NCBI GenBank assembly: GCA_963701965.1
Contig: OY969695.1
Location: 128,001 to 192,000 of the forward strand
Source of the DNA: an uncultured Gemmatimonadales bacterium
GTDB lineage: Bacteria > Gemmatimonadota > Gemmatimonadetes > Gemmatimonadales > Gemmatimonadaceae
DNA length: 64,000 nucleotides
Direction: 5' to 3'
Shown here: positions 31,665 through 44,347 of the stretch, piece after piece
How the letters are laid out: each line of letters starts with the position of its first letter
Position numbering within the stretch: the first letter of the stretch is position 1
Notes under the pieces: model-generated
Database searches by the model: none
What the model saw: the letters and a program-made list of their open reading frames with translations, nothing else
What the model was told of the DNA's origin: nothing
Program-made: the position numbers and the translations under genes

Positions 31665-34491
31665 CCGTCGCCGTGAAGTCGGCGACGCGCTTCCTCTCCT
31701 GATCGACGACCGCGGCCGGGGCACGGCCGACGAAGCTCTCGTTGCCGAGCTTGGCGTTGGCCTTGCCGATCTCGCCGCCGAGGCGATCGATCTCCTTGGC
31801 CAGGCGCGCGATCTCGGCGCCCCGGTCGATCTTGACGTGCAGGGCGATCCGGGTCGCGCCGATCACCGCGACCGGCGAGTCGCGCGAGGCATCGGCGAAG
31901 CCTGAGTCGTCGTCGAAGATCGTCACCTCGGAGAGGCGCGCCAGCGACTTGAGCAGCGGCGTCGCGCCGCGCACGAAGTCGGCGTCGCCGATCGTGTTCA
32001 GCGGCACGCGTTCGCCTGGTGCCAGGTTCATCTCGCTGCGCAGGTTGCGGCAGCTGCCGACGATCGCCTTCAGCCGCGCCATCCAGTCGTCGGCGACCGG
32101 ATCGATGCGGTCGAGCTGCGCCTTCGGGTAGGGCGCGCGGACGATGCCGTGCTCCGTGCCGTCGACCTTGCGCCCGGCGACGACGGCGACCCGCTCCCAG
32201 AGCTCGGCGGTGATGAACGGCGTGATCGGATGCATCAGCCGCAGCACCGTTTCGAGCACGCGCAGCAAGGTGCGCCGCGTCGCGCGCTGCTCGGCCTCGT
32301 TCGTCGACTGCAGCTGGACCTTGGCGATCTCGAGGTACCAGTCGCAGTACTCGTCCCAGACGAACGAGTAGATCGCCTGCGCGACAGCGTCGAGCCGGTA
32401 TTCGGCGAAGCCCTGCTCGACTGCGGCTTCAACGCGCTGCAGCTCGCCAGTGATCCAGCGGTCGGCTTGCGAGAAGACGAGGTATTTGTGGAACGGCTGA
32501 CCCGGGGCGCACTCGGCCTTGGTGTGCTCGGCGAGGCCGCAGTCCTTGCCCTCGCAGTTCATGAGGACGAAGCGGGTCGCGTTCCAGAGCTTGTTGCAGA
32601 AGTTGCGGTAGCCCTCGCAGCGCTTGGAATCGAAGTTGACGTTGCGGCCAAGGCTGGCGAGCGATGCGAAGGTGAAGCGCAGCGCGTCGGCGCCGAAGCC
32701 GGGAATGCCGTTCGGGAATTCGGCGGCGGTGTCCTTGCGCACGCGCGGCGCTGTCTCCGGCCGACGCAGGCCGGTCGAGCGCTTCTCGAGCAGCGGCTCG
32801 AGGGCGATGCCGTCGATCAGGTCGACCGGATCGAGCACGTTGCCCTCCGACTTGCTCATCCGCTTGCCTTGGGCATCGCGCACCAGGCCGTGGATGTAGA
32901 CGTCGCGGAAGGGCACGCGGCCGGTGAAGTGCAGCGTCATCATGATCATCCGGGCGACCCAGAAGAAGATGATGTCGTAGCCGGTGACGAGCACCGACGA
33001 CGGCAGGAACAGCTCGAGCTCCTCGGTCTTCTTCGGCCAGCCGAGCGACGAGAACGGCACCAGCGCCGACGAATACCAGGTGTCGAGGACGTCGGGATCG
33101 CGCACCAGCGTGCCGCTGTAGCCGGCGGCCTCGGCCTTTGCCCGCGCCTCGTCTTCGCTGCGGGCGACGAATATCTGGCCGTCGTCGCCGTACCAGGCCG
33201 GGATCTGGTGTCCCCACCAGAGCTGGCGCGAGATCGTCCAGTCCTGGATGTTCCTCATCCACTGGTTGTAGGTGTTGACCCACTGCTCGGGAAAGAACTT
33301 GACCGCGCCGGTGTCGACCGCGTCGATCGCCTTGCCGGCGAGGCTGGTGCCGTCGGCGCCGGGCTTGGTCATCGCCACGAACCACTGGTCGGTGAGCATC
33401 GGCTCGACCACCTGGCCGGTGCGCTCGCACACTGGCACCGCGTGCTTGTGCGGCACCGCTTTCTCGAGGAAGTCCTGCGCCTCGAGGTCGCGCAGCACCG
33501 CCTTCCGCGCGTCGTAGCGATCGAGGCCCTGGTAGGCAGCGGGTCCGTTCTCGTTGATCTTCGCGTCGAGGGTGAAGATCGTGATCAGCGGAATGCCGTG
33601 ACGCAGCGCGCAGGCGTAGTCGTTGAAGTCGTGCGCGCCGGTGATCTTGACGCAGCCCGAGCCGAACTCGCGGTCGACGAAGTCGTCGGCGATGATCGGG
33701 ATCCGCCGATCGCAGAGCGGCAGGTCGACCAGCTTGCCGATCAGGTGCTTGTAGCGCTCGTCGTCGGGATGAACCGCGAGCGCGCCGTCGGCGAGCATCG
33801 TCTCGGGGCGGGTCGTCGCGATGTGCATGCCCTTCATCGGCGCGCCGTTCGCGTCGGGCTGCGGTCCGTCGCTGAACGGGTAGAGGATGTGCCACATCGT
33901 CCCGTCGCGCTCCTCGCTCTCGACCTCGAGGTCGGAGACCGCCGAGAGCAGCACCGGATCCCAGTTGACGAGGCGCTTGCCGCGATAGATCAGCCCTTCC
34001 TCGTAGAGCGAGACGAAGGTGTCGGTGACGACGGCCGATAGCCGCTCGTCCATGGTGAAGTACTCGTACTTCCACGCCACCGAGTCGCCCATGCGGCGCA
34101 TCTGGCGCGTGATCGTCGAGCCGCTCGTCTCCTTCCAGTCCCAGACCTGGTCGATGAATTTCTTGCGCCCGAGGTCGTGGCGGCCCAGGCCGGACTCCTG
34201 CAGCTGGCGCTCGACCACGATCTGGGTGGCGATGCCGGCGTGGTCGGTGCCCGGAACCCAGAGCGTGTTGTCGCCCTTCATGCGCTGATGGCGAATCAGT
34301 GCGTCCATGATCGTGTGCTGGAACGCGTGCCCCATGTGCAGCGTGCCGGTGACGTTGGGCGGCGGCAGCTGGATCGCGTACGACGCGCGCGTCGGGTCGA
34401 GGGTCGGCTCGTAGACGCCGCTTTCTTCCCAGAGCGGCCCCCAGTGCTCCTCGATGGCGGCGGGGTCGAATGACTTGGCGAGATCGGTCAT
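31615..34491 (-). CDS. valS: Valine--tRNA ligase
   Basis: [38 protein letters not shown]-terminal coiled coil. Confidence 0.97.
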   Translation of the reverse strand: MTDLAKSFDPAAIEEHWGPLWEESGVYEPTLDPTRASYAIQLPPPNVTGTLHMGHAFQHTIMDALIRHQRMKGDNTLWVPGTDHAGIATQIVVERQLQESGLGRHDLGRKKFIDQVWDWKETSGSTITRQMRRMGDSVAWKYEYFTMDERLSAVVTDTFVSLYEEGLIYRGKRLVNWDPVLLSAVSDLEVESEERDGTMWHILYPFSDGPQPDANGAPMKGMHIATTRPETMLADGALAVHPDDERYKHLIGKLVDLPLCDRRIPIIADDFVDREFGSGCVKITGAHDFNDYACALRHGIPLITIFTLDAKINENGPAAYQGLDRYDARKAVLRDLEAQDFLEKAVPHKHAVPVCERTGQVVEPMLTDQWFVAMTKPGADGTSLAGKAIDAVDTGAVKFFPEQWVNTYNQWMRNIQDWTISRQLWWGHQIPAWYGDDGQIFVARSEDEARAKAEAAGYSGTLVRDPDVLDTWYSSALVPFSSLGWPKKTEELELFLPSSVLVTGYDIIFFWVARMIMMTLHFTGRVPFRDVYIHGLVRDAQGKRMSKSEGNVLDPVDLIDGIALEPLLEKRSTGLRRPETAPRVRKDTAAEFPNGIPGFGADALRFTFASLASLGRNVNFDSKRCEGYRNFCNKLWNATRFVLMNCEGKDCGLAEHTKAECAPGQPFHKYLVFSQADRWITGELQRVEAAVEQGFAEYRLDAVAQAIYSFVWDEYCDWYLEIAKVQLQSTNEAEQRATRRTLLRVLETVLRLMHPITPFITAELWERVAVVAGRKVDGTEHGIVRAPYPKAQLDRIDPVADDWMARLKAIVGSCRNLRSEMNLAPGERVPLNTIGDADFVRGATPLLKSLARLSEVTIFDDDSGFADASRDSPVAVIGATRIALHVKIDRGAEIARLAKEIDRLGGEIGKANAKLGNESFVGRAPAAVVDQERKRVADFTATVTRLRDQRARLESTSG

Positions 34492-34498
34492 CGTCCGC

Positions 34499-35476
34499 TC
34501 ACATCAGCAGATGCTCGCCGGCATTGTCGCCGCCGAGGATCACGTAGTTCACCTTGCGGATGTCGGCCAGACGGGTTCCGCCGGCGTACGAGATCGAGCT
34601 CTGCACGTCTTCCTTCATCTCGCGCAGCGTGTCCTCGAGCTTGCCCTTGATCGGCTCGAGGATGCGCTTGCCCTCGACGTGCTTGTACTCGCCCTTGTTG
34701 AAGTCGGAGGCCGAGCCGTAGTACTCCTTGAACAGCTTGCCGTCGACCTCGACCGTCTTGCCCGGCGACTCCTCGTGGCCGGCGAAGAGCGAGCCGATCA
34801 TCACCATGCTGGCGCCGAAGCGCACGCTCTTGGCGATGTCGCCATGGTCGCGGATGCCGCCGTCGGCGATGATCGGCTTGGTCGCGACCCGCGCGCACCA
34901 CTTGAGCGCCGAGAGCTGCCAGCCGCCGGTGCCGAAGCCGGTCTTGAGCTTGGTGATGCAGACCTTGCCCGGGCCGACACCGACCTTGGTCGCGTCGGCG
35001 CCCCAGTTCTCGAGGTCGATCACCGCCTCGGGCGTCGCGACGTTGCCGGCGATGACGAAGGCCTCGGGCAGCTTGGTCTTGATGTGCTCGATCATCCCGT
35101 GCACGGTGTCGGCGTGGCCGTGGGCGATGTCGATCGTGATGTAGTCGGCGCCGACACCGTCGCTCGCGAGGCGGTCGATCACCGCGTAGTCGGGCGGCTT
35201 GACCCCCGAGCTGAGCGAGACGTAGAGGTTCTTGGCCCGCATCCGCTTGGCGAAGGCGACGTTGTCGACGTCGAAGCGGTGCATGACGTAGAAGAAGCCG
35301 TTCGCCGCCAGCCACTCGACGATCGGCTCGTCGACGACGGTCTTCATGTTCGCGGGCACGACCGGCAGCTCGAAGCGGCGCGGCCCGAATTCCTGCGACG
35401 CGTCGCATTCCGAACGGCTCTCGACCCGGCACTTGCGCGGCAGCAGCAAGACGTTGTCGTAGTCGAAGATTTCCAT
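34499..35476 (-). CDS. guaC: GMP reductase (type 2)
   Basis: [44 protein letters not shown]. Confidence 0.95.
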   Translation of the reverse strand: MEIFDYDNVLLLPRKCRVESRSECDASQEFGPRRFELPVVPANMKTVVDEPIVEWLAANGFFYVMHRFDVDNVAFAKRMRAKNLYVSLSSGVKPPDYAVIDRLASDGVGADYITIDIAHGHADTVHGMIEHIKTKLPEAFVIAGNVATPEAVIDLENWGADATKVGVGPGKVCITKLKTGFGTGGWQLSALKWCARVATKPIIADGGIRDHGDIAKSVRFGASMVMIGSLFAGHEESPGKTVEVDGKLFKEYYGSASDFNKGEYKHVEGKRILEPIKGKLEDTLREMKEDVQSSISYAGGTRLADIRKVNYVILGGDNAGEHLLM

Positions 35477-35494
35477 GGTCTCGATCCAGCTAAA

Positions 35495-35530
35495 ACGGGC
35501 GCCTCGAAGAGCGCCCGTGACGGCATTCTA
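35495..35530 (-). promoter_or_regulatory. guaC -10 box followed by a GC-rich leader hairpin
   Basis: TAGAAT on the minus strand at 35530-35525; inverted repeat ACGGGCGC (35495-35502) / GCGCCCGT (35511-35518). Confidence 0.5.
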
Positions 35531-35568
35531 CGGAAGGGGATGAAGGTCCTCGCTCCTAGAATGGACAA

Positions 35569-37980
<2,412 letters not shown>

Positions 37981-38074
37981 CGCTCGGGCGACCGAGGCAC
38001 GACGCTTGCCTCCTTCCGACAGACCGTGCGCCGCCACGCCGGCGACGATGTTTTCATCCGCAAGGAGAAACGAC

Positions 38075-38705
38075 ATGACTGCTTCGATCACGCCATCGCA
38101 GCGCGCGTTGCGCGGCGGCGCGATCGCCGCGCTCGTCGCGCTCGCCGGCTGTGCTTCGACCCAGCTCGACGCCGAGTGGCGCGACCCGCAGCTGAGCGCC
38201 GGGTCGTTGCGCGGTGCGCGCGTGCTCGTCGCCTGCGACGCGTTCGAGGTGGTCGTCGTCCAGCTGTGCCGCGACCAGATCGCGAGCGCGGTCGGGGCCC
38301 AGGGCGCGACCCCGGTGTTCGTGCCGACGAACTTCCCGATCTCGCCGGCACGCGCGATCGATCCGCAACTCCTGCTCGCGGCGCGCGACGCCGGCGCGAA
38401 GGCGATGACTGGTGGTGACCGTCGCGGTCGCCTCGAGCAATGTCAGCCAGGGCATGTCGATCGGCATCGGCGGCTTCGGCTTCGGCTCGAGCGGCGGCGC
38501 CGGCATCGGCGTGTCCGCGCCGGTCGGCGGCGGCAACCTGAGCTCGGGCTACACCGCCAACGGCCGCCTCACGGATGTCGCGAGCGAACGGCTGCTCTGG
38601 ACCGCGAAGGCGACGTGCGCCGCCCTCGAGCGACGTCAACGCGCAGATGGGCGAGCTCTCGAAGACGCTCGTTCGACGGCGGCAACCAAGGCCGGCGCGT
38701 TCTGA
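38075..38705 (+). CDS. Hypothetical lipoprotein (frameshifted)
   Basis: SD AAGGAG, lipobox LAGC, W-x-DP, Gly-rich SIGIGGFGFGSSGG, LLWTAKA. Confidence 0.7.
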
Positions 38706-38737
38706 GCCCGGCCGGGCTCGACCGGGAGTCCCGCCGA

Positions 38738-40249
38738 TCAGGCCGCGATCGGGCCCGCGCGACCGGCGTCGACGACGAAGCGGGCCGCGGTCGTGACGGC
38801 GCTCTCCGGATCGAGTCGGCCGCTCGACCACCTGCAGCGCCGCGCGCAGCTGCTTCGCATCGAGCTCGAAGCTGCATGTAGCCGCGCTGGTCGCTGCGGC
38901 TGTAGTGGATGTGCGGGTTGAAGGGCCGCGCCGCGTCGAGGCGAGACTGCGGCAGCGAGAGGCTGGTGATCGAGGTGCCGCAGAACTCGCTCGCGACGAC
39001 CGGCGCCGCCGGGTCGTCGTAGTCGGGCTTGAGGTCGGCGACGTAGTTGCTGTGGACGTCGCCGCCGAGGACGACCACGCCGGGCACCTTCTTCGCCGCG
39101 ACCGTGCCGAGCAGGCGGTTGCGGGCCGGCGCGTAGCCGTCCCAGCCGTCGGTCCAGTAGACGCCGCCGCCGTCGGCCGGGTCGTGCCACGCGGCGCGCG
39201 CCATCAGCGTCTGCTGGCGCGACCAGATTCCACGGGCGCGCCAGGTCCCAGCCATCGGCAAGCCAGCGCTCCTGCTCGAATCCGAGCAGGGTTCGGGCCG
39301 GGTCGATGAGGCTCGGGCACTGCGCGAGCGCGACCGTGTTCGAGCCGCCACGGCCCGGCGCCGGGCAGACCTGCGGATCGCGGTACTGGCGGTCGTCGAG
39401 GAGATGGATCCGCGCCAGCGTGCCCCAATCGAGCCGGCCGACGATGCGCATGTCCGCGCCGGTCGGTCGCTGCGCCTTCGCGAACGGCATGTGCTCCCAG
39501 TAGGCGCGGTAGGCGGCGGCGCGGCGCGCGCGCATGTCGACCGCGAGGTCCTGGCCTTGCAGGTTGGCGTAGTCGTTCGAGACCTCGTGGTCGTCCCAGA
39601 CCAGCAGCCACGGCGCCGCAGCGTGCGCGGCCTGCAGCAGCGGATCGCTCTTGTGGGTCGCGTAGCGCGCGCGGTACTGCGCCAGCGTGAAGATCTCGCC
39701 GCCCTCGAGCGGGCGCACCGCGTCGCGGCGGGTCGCGTATTCGTAGATGTAGTCGCCGAGGAACAGCACCAGGTCGAGATTCGCGCCGGCGACGTGGCGC
39801 CACGCGGCGTAGTGGCCGACGTCGTAGCGCTGGCAGCTGGCGATCGCGAAGCGCAGCGTCGCCGCGGCGTCGGCGGCCGGCGCGGTGCGCGTCCGGCCGA
39901 CCGGGCTTTGCTGGCCGAGGGCGCTGAAGCGATAGAAGTACCAGCGATCCGGGGCCAGGCCGCGCGGCTCGGCATGGACGCTGTGCGCCCACTCGGCTTC
40001 GGCGCTCTCTTCGCCGCGAGCGACGACGCGCGCGAACTGCTCGTCGTCGGCCATCTCCCAGCGGACCGCGACGCGCTCGGGCAGCGCCGCGCCCATCAGC
40101 CGGGTCCAGAGCACCATGCCGTCGGCGCGCGGCTGGCCCGAGGCGATACCGAGCGCGAAGCGCGGCACGTCGGCGGCGCGCGGCCCGCTCGCCAACCAGG
40201 GCATCGCGACCAGGGCGGTCGCGCCGTTGACGAACCGCCTGCGCTTCAT
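38738..40249 (-). CDS. phoD: Alkaline phosphatase D family, Tat-exported (frameshifted)
   Basis: MKRRRF Tat signal, FALGIASG, VLWTR, GRTRTAP, LGDYIYE, WDDHE, LDDRQYR, DGWDGY, GGDVH. Confidence 0.9.
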   Translation of the reverse strand: MKRRRFVNGATALVAMPWLASGPRAADVPRFALGIASGQPRADGMVLWTRLMGAALPERVAVRWEMADDEQFARVVARGEESAEAEWAHSVHAEPRGLAPDRWYFYRFSALGQQSPVGRTRTAPAADAAATLRFAIASCQRYDVGHYAAWRHVAGANLDLVLFLGDYIYEYATRRDAVRPLEGGEIFTLAQYRARYATHKSDPLLQAAHAAAPWLLVWDDHEVSNDYANLQGQDLAVDMRARRAAAYRAYWEHMPFAKAQRPTGADMRIVGRLDWGTLARIHLLDDRQYRDPQVCPAPGRGGSNTVALAQCPSLIDPARTLLGFEQERWLADGWDLARPWNLVAPADADGARRVARPGRRRRRLLDRRLGRLRAGPQPPARHGRGEEGARRGRPRRRRPQQLRRRPQARLRRPGGAGRRERVLRHLDHQPLAAAVSPRRGAALQPAHPLQPQRPARLHAASSSMRSSCARRCRWSSGRLDPESAVTTAARFVVDAGRAGPIAA

Positions 40250-40273
40250 GGGAGCCCGTGACGGCTCGTGACG

Positions 40274-40984
40274 TCAGACGCCGACTTCGTCGATCTCGCG
40301 GTAGACGTCGCGCAGCCACATCTTGACGCGCTGCCGGTCCATCAGGCCGAGACCGGTCGGGTCCCGGTCCGAGGCCTTCGCCTTCCAGAACGTGCTGCTC
40401 GCGCTGTCGATCTTCTGGATCGCGTGCTCGTTGAGCTTCTTGACCGAGACGACGTGCGCGCCCATGGCGATCGCGCGCGCCTGCTCGCCCGACTGCTCGA
40501 GGCCGCTGAAGTCGGCGCCGCGCACCTGGTTGCGAACCAGGACGTACGCCAGCCCGGTGCCGAAGCGATCGAGCAGGCGGCGCAGCAGGTCGACCGAGTC
40601 CTTGCCCGAGTCCATCACGTGCCAGTAGAAGAGCTTCATGCCGAGCTCGTCGGCCAGGCCGATGACGCCGGCGTCCTCCATCCAGGTGGCGAGCGGGTCG
40701 TGCGTCTGCGCGGCGAGGTCGACCAGGATGCGCCGGCCCGGCTGATCGACCGCCGCCTCGACGATCGCGTCGAGCGACTCGACCTTGTCGATCGCCACCG
40801 GCGACGCATAAGCCGAATAGAAGCGCATCAGCGCGCCGTGCGAGCGGTCGGTGTCGAAGCCGAGAAAGGGCAGCTCCTTGTCGATCAGGTACTGGGCCAG
40901 CACGCGGGCCATCAGGGATTTGCCGACGCCGCCTTTTTCGCCGCCGATGAAATGGATGTTGGTCGTCATCGAGGAAGGGTTCAT
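40274..40984 (-). CDS. ParA/MinD-like P-loop ATPase ('mobilization protein'/MobD-like)
   Basis: Deviant Walker A GGEKGGVGKS, FDTD, ILVDLAAQ, LVRN. Confidence 0.75.
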   Translation of the reverse strand: MNPSSMTTNIHFIGGEKGGVGKSLMARVLAQYLIDKELPFLGFDTDRSHGALMRFYSAYASPVAIDKVESLDAIVEAAVDQPGRRILVDLAAQTHDPLATWMEDAGVIGLADELGMKLFYWHVMDSGKDSVDLLRRLLDRFGTGLAYVLVRNQVRGADFSGLEQSGEQARAIAMGAHVVSVKKLNEHAIQKIDSASSTFWKAKASDRDPTGLGLMDRQRVKMWLRDVYREIDEVGV

Positions 40985-41220
40985 TTCGCGGGCGCCGCGG
41001 GCGCGCCGCTTGGAGTGACAAGATCGATCGTCTTCTCGACCGCCTTGCCGGCGACCTTGACGGTGCTGCTCACGACCGCGCCGCCGACCGAGACCACGGC
41101 ACCGGCGGCTGCGCCGGCGACGCTGACGACGGCGCAGCCGGGCAGCAGCAGCGCGGCGACGAGAACGGGAGCGACGAGAACGGCGCGCTCACGCCGGCAG
41201 GGGCGAAGGTTCGAGGCCAT
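40981..41220 (-). CDS. Small Gly/Ala/Val-rich lipoprotein
   Basis: Lipobox LPGC then AVVSVAGAAAGAVVSVGGAVVSSTVKVAGKAV; TGA overlaps the ATPase ATG. Confidence 0.7.
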   Translation of the reverse strand: MASNLRPCRRERAVLVAPVLVAALLLPGCAVVSVAGAAAGAVVSVGGAVVSSTVKVAGKAVEKTIDLVTPSGAPAAPAK

Positions 41221-41312
41221 GCCGAAGATTGTCGCCGAAGGCTCGCGCCGCGACGGCGCCTTTGCATCCGTTGGTGACGGCGCACCGGCCCAACTTCGTC
41301 GCGCGTCGGCGT

Positions 41313-42062
41313 TCAGCCGCGGCCGACGAAGGGCATCTTCGTCGCCATGATGGTCATGAACTGGACGTTGGCGTCGAGCGGCAGGCTGGCCATGTGAACG
41401 ACGGCGTCGGCGACGTGCTGGACGTTCATCGTCGGCTCGACCGCGAGCGAGCCGTCGGCCTGCGGCACGCCCTTCTTCATTCGCTCGGTCATCTCGGTGG
41501 CGGCGTTGCCGATGTCGATCTGGCCGCAGGCGATGTCGAAGGCGCGGCCGTCGAGCGCGGTCGCCTTGGTCAGGCCGGTGATCGCGTGCTTGGTCGCGGT
41601 GTAGGGCGAGCTGAACGGGCGCGGCGTGTGCGCCGAGATCGAGCCGTTGTTGATGATCCGGCCGCCGCGCGGCGACTGGCTCTTCATCAGCACGAACGCC
41701 TGCTGCGTGCACAGGAAGACGGCGGTCAGGTTGATGTCGACGACCGTGCGCCACTGCTCGACCGTCAGCTCCTCGAGCGGGATCGGCGGCGCGCCGGTGC
41801 CGGCGTTGTTGAACAGCACGTCGAGGCGGCCGAACGTCTCCTTGACCGCGCCGAACAGCGCCTTCACCGCCGCCGGATCGGTGGCGTCGGTCGGCACGAC
41901 CAGGGCGCGGTCGGCGGCGCCGACGGCGGCCGCGCGGGTCGCTTCGAGCGCGTCGGCGCGGCGGCCGGCGAGGGCGACGTGAAATCCGGCCTTGAGCAGG
42001 GCGAGCGCGGACGCGCGGCCGATGCCGCTGCCGGCGCCGGTGACGATGGCGACTTTCTTCAT
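41313..42062 (-). CDS. SDR family oxidoreductase
   Basis: [37 protein letters not shown]. Confidence 0.92.
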   Translation of the reverse strand: MKKVAIVTGAGSGIGRASALALLKAGFHVALAGRRADALEATRAAAVGAADRALVVPTDATDPAAVKALFGAVKETFGRLDVLFNNAGTGAPPIPLEELTVEQWRTVVDINLTAVFLCTQQAFVLMKSQSPRGGRIINNGSISAHTPRPFSSPYTATKHAITGLTKATALDGRAFDIACGQIDIGNAATEMTERMKKGVPQADGSLAVEPTMNVQHVADAVVHMASLPLDANVQFMTIMATKMPFVGRG

Positions 42063-42074
42063 GGCGAGCCTTTC

Positions 42075-42903
42075 GGTGAGTGAGTCGGTCGTTCCGGAAT
42101 CGTCGCGCGGCGCGGCGACGTCGCTGTCCGGCGCGAAGCAATCGGCGAACGTGAACCAGAGGCTGGCGTAGTACACGGTCAGGAAGATCAGCGTCAGCGG
42201 CGTCGCGACGAGCGTGAAGCGCTGCGGCCCGAACAGGCCGACGCCGATGCTGACGACGGCGAACAGGATCAGCCAGAGCACGAGCCAGCCGAGGCCGTAG
42301 AGCGTGAACGCGCCCTTGTTGCGCCAGAGCGCGACGCTGCTGAAGAAGAGCGACTTGGCCCAGCCCTGGCCGCCCGCGTAGACGAGCGCCGGCGCCTGCC
42401 AGAACGGAACCGAGAGCGCGGCGGCGAAGGCCAGGCGCAGCAGGATGCCGAACTGCACGCGCGGATCGGCGACGTGCGTCGCCGCGGTCTCGGTCGTCGG
42501 TCTTGGCGTCGGGCAGCGACTCGAGGAAGGCCTCGAGCGCGCCGCCGTCGAGAACGCCGGCGAGCCAGAAGACGAAGAAGCTGGCCGCGGCGTAGGCGAT
42601 GCCGAGCTTGAGCAAGGCCACGAGGCGCGGCCGTCCGGCGTGCGCGAGCTCGACGATGGCGGCCGGGATCGGTGCCTTGCCTTCGGTCGCGAGCCGGGTC
42701 GCGATCATGAACAGGAGCGTGCCGGCCGGCGGCAGGACGAGCAGCAGGATCGTGCCGACGAACGGAATCAGGCCGAGCAGCAGGAACACGAACAGGCACG
42801 CGGCGAACAGCGCCGCGAAGCCGAGCGGCTGGCGCGCGAAGATCTGGAAGCCCTTCCTCACCCAGGCCAGGCCGCGCCGCGCTGGCACGAGCTGCAGCTT
42901 CAT
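42075..42903 (-). CDS. BPSS1780-family membrane protein (frameshifted; 3' end approximate)
   Basis: [39 protein letters not shown]; usual position downstream of thrB. Confidence 0.75.
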
Positions 42904-43876
42904 GACGCCGCCGCTCCCGCCGGCCGCGGATGCCACGGCGTCTCGCGCCGCGCGCCGAGGACACGCTCGAAGTGGCCCGGATCGTGCGCGGTCAGGACGA
43001 CGGCGTCGCGCGGCAGGTGCATGTCCCAGACGCGCGAGAGCCAGAACCGGAACGCGGCCGCGCGCATCAAGGCCGGCAGCAGCCGCACCTCGGCGCTCTC
43101 GAGCGGACGCAGTGCCGCGTAGGCCGCCGACCAGCGCCTCGGCGCGGTCTTCGTCGAGCTCACCCGAGGCGAGGTCGATGCACCAGTCGTTGAGAGCGAC
43201 GGCGAGGTCGAAGAGCAGCGTGTCGACGCCGGCGAAATAGAAGTCGAACACGCCGGTAAGCGCGCCGTCCTGGAACATGACGTTGTCGCGGAACAGGTCG
43301 CCGTGGATGGCGCCGCGCGGCAGCGTCGCGTACGCCGGCGCCGCGGCCAGGTGGCGCTGGTAGGCGAGCTCGTCCTCCATCATCGCCGCGGCGGCCGGCT
43401 CGAGGCTGGCCGAGGACCACCGGCACGGTCGCGTTCCACCAGTCGAGGCCGCGCAGGTTCGGCTGCGCCGGAACGAAGTCGCGCGTCGCCAGGTGCATGC
43501 GCGCGAGCACGCGGCCGACGCTCGCGCAGTCGGCCGCGTCGGGCGCGAGATGGTGCTCGCCCGGCAGGCGGTCGACGACCGCGGCAGGCTTGCCCTTGAG
43601 CGCGAGCAGCAGCGAGCCGTCGCTGCCCGCATGCGGGCGCGGCACGGGCAGGGCGTGATCGGCGAGGTGCTTCATCAGCTGCAGGTAGAACGGCAGCTCG
43701 TCGGCGCCGAGCCGCTCGAACACGGTGAGCACGTAGCGGCCCGATGCCGTGTCGGCGAAGTAGTTGGTGTTCTCGATGCCGCCGGCGCACGGCGCGAGCG
43801 CCTGCAGGGCGCCGATTCCCAGGCCGTCGATCAGCGCTGCCGCCTCGTCGAACGACACCTCGGTGTAGACCGCCAT
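42900..43876 (-). CDS. thrB: Homoserine kinase type II (frameshifted)
   Basis: MAVYTEV, GGIENTNYF, IHGDLFRDN, FDFYFAG, AAFRFWLSR, HDP. Confidence 0.92.
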
Positions 43877-43889
43877 CCGCCCGGGCAGG

Positions 43890-44285
43890 TCAGAAGCGTA
43901 GGAGGTTCCAGACGCTCTTGCCGGTCGCGCCGCGCGGCGTGCCGGGCCCTTCGCCGCCGGAATGGGCGCTGTCGCCGAGCAGGACCTCGTAGCCGGGGAC
44001 GTCGCCTCTCGGGCTGACGGTGACCTTCTGCAGCTGGCCGCGGACGCGCAGCTCGTCGATGCGCGCCGTGCGGTCCTCGATGACGGTGCGCTTGACCGCC
44101 GGCTCCGGGAAGCGGCTCGGCTTCGGCTCGGCGTCCTCGAGCGGCAGTGCCGCGCTCGCAGCCGTCGCGGCGGGCGCGGCCTGCGCTGGCGCGGGCAGCG
44201 CCGGCGGCGCGTCGGCGGCGCTTGCGAACGACGTCGCCAACGCCGCGGCGCAGGCGGCAATAGCGGCGACGAGAGTGCGTTTCAT
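43890..44285 (-). CDS. Secreted hypothetical protein (DUF2782-like)
   Basis: Signal peptide, IEDRTARIDELRVRGQ, VWNLLRF; divergent from polA. Confidence 0.65.
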   Translation of the reverse strand: MKRTLVAAIAACAAALATSFASAADAPPALPAPAQAAPAATAASAALPLEDAEPKPSRFPEPAVKRTVIEDRTARIDELRVRGQLQKVTVSPRGDVPGYEVLLGDSAHSGGEGPGTPRGATGKSVWNLLRF

Positions 44286-44347
44286 GGCGCCGATTCTAGG
44301 CCGCCGGCCGCCGCGACGAGCGTGGCCCTTCCTTCACAATGGGCTGC

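Noticed and set aside
40255..40275. CGTCACG direct repeat upstream of phoD as a Pho box
   Set aside because: The period is 10 bp rather than 11, and it abuts the start codon with no room for a -10 element
41313..42458. Membrane protein-SDR fusion
   Set aside because: The SDR has its own upstream AAAGG and ATG at 42062; a missing stop is best explained by a sequence error
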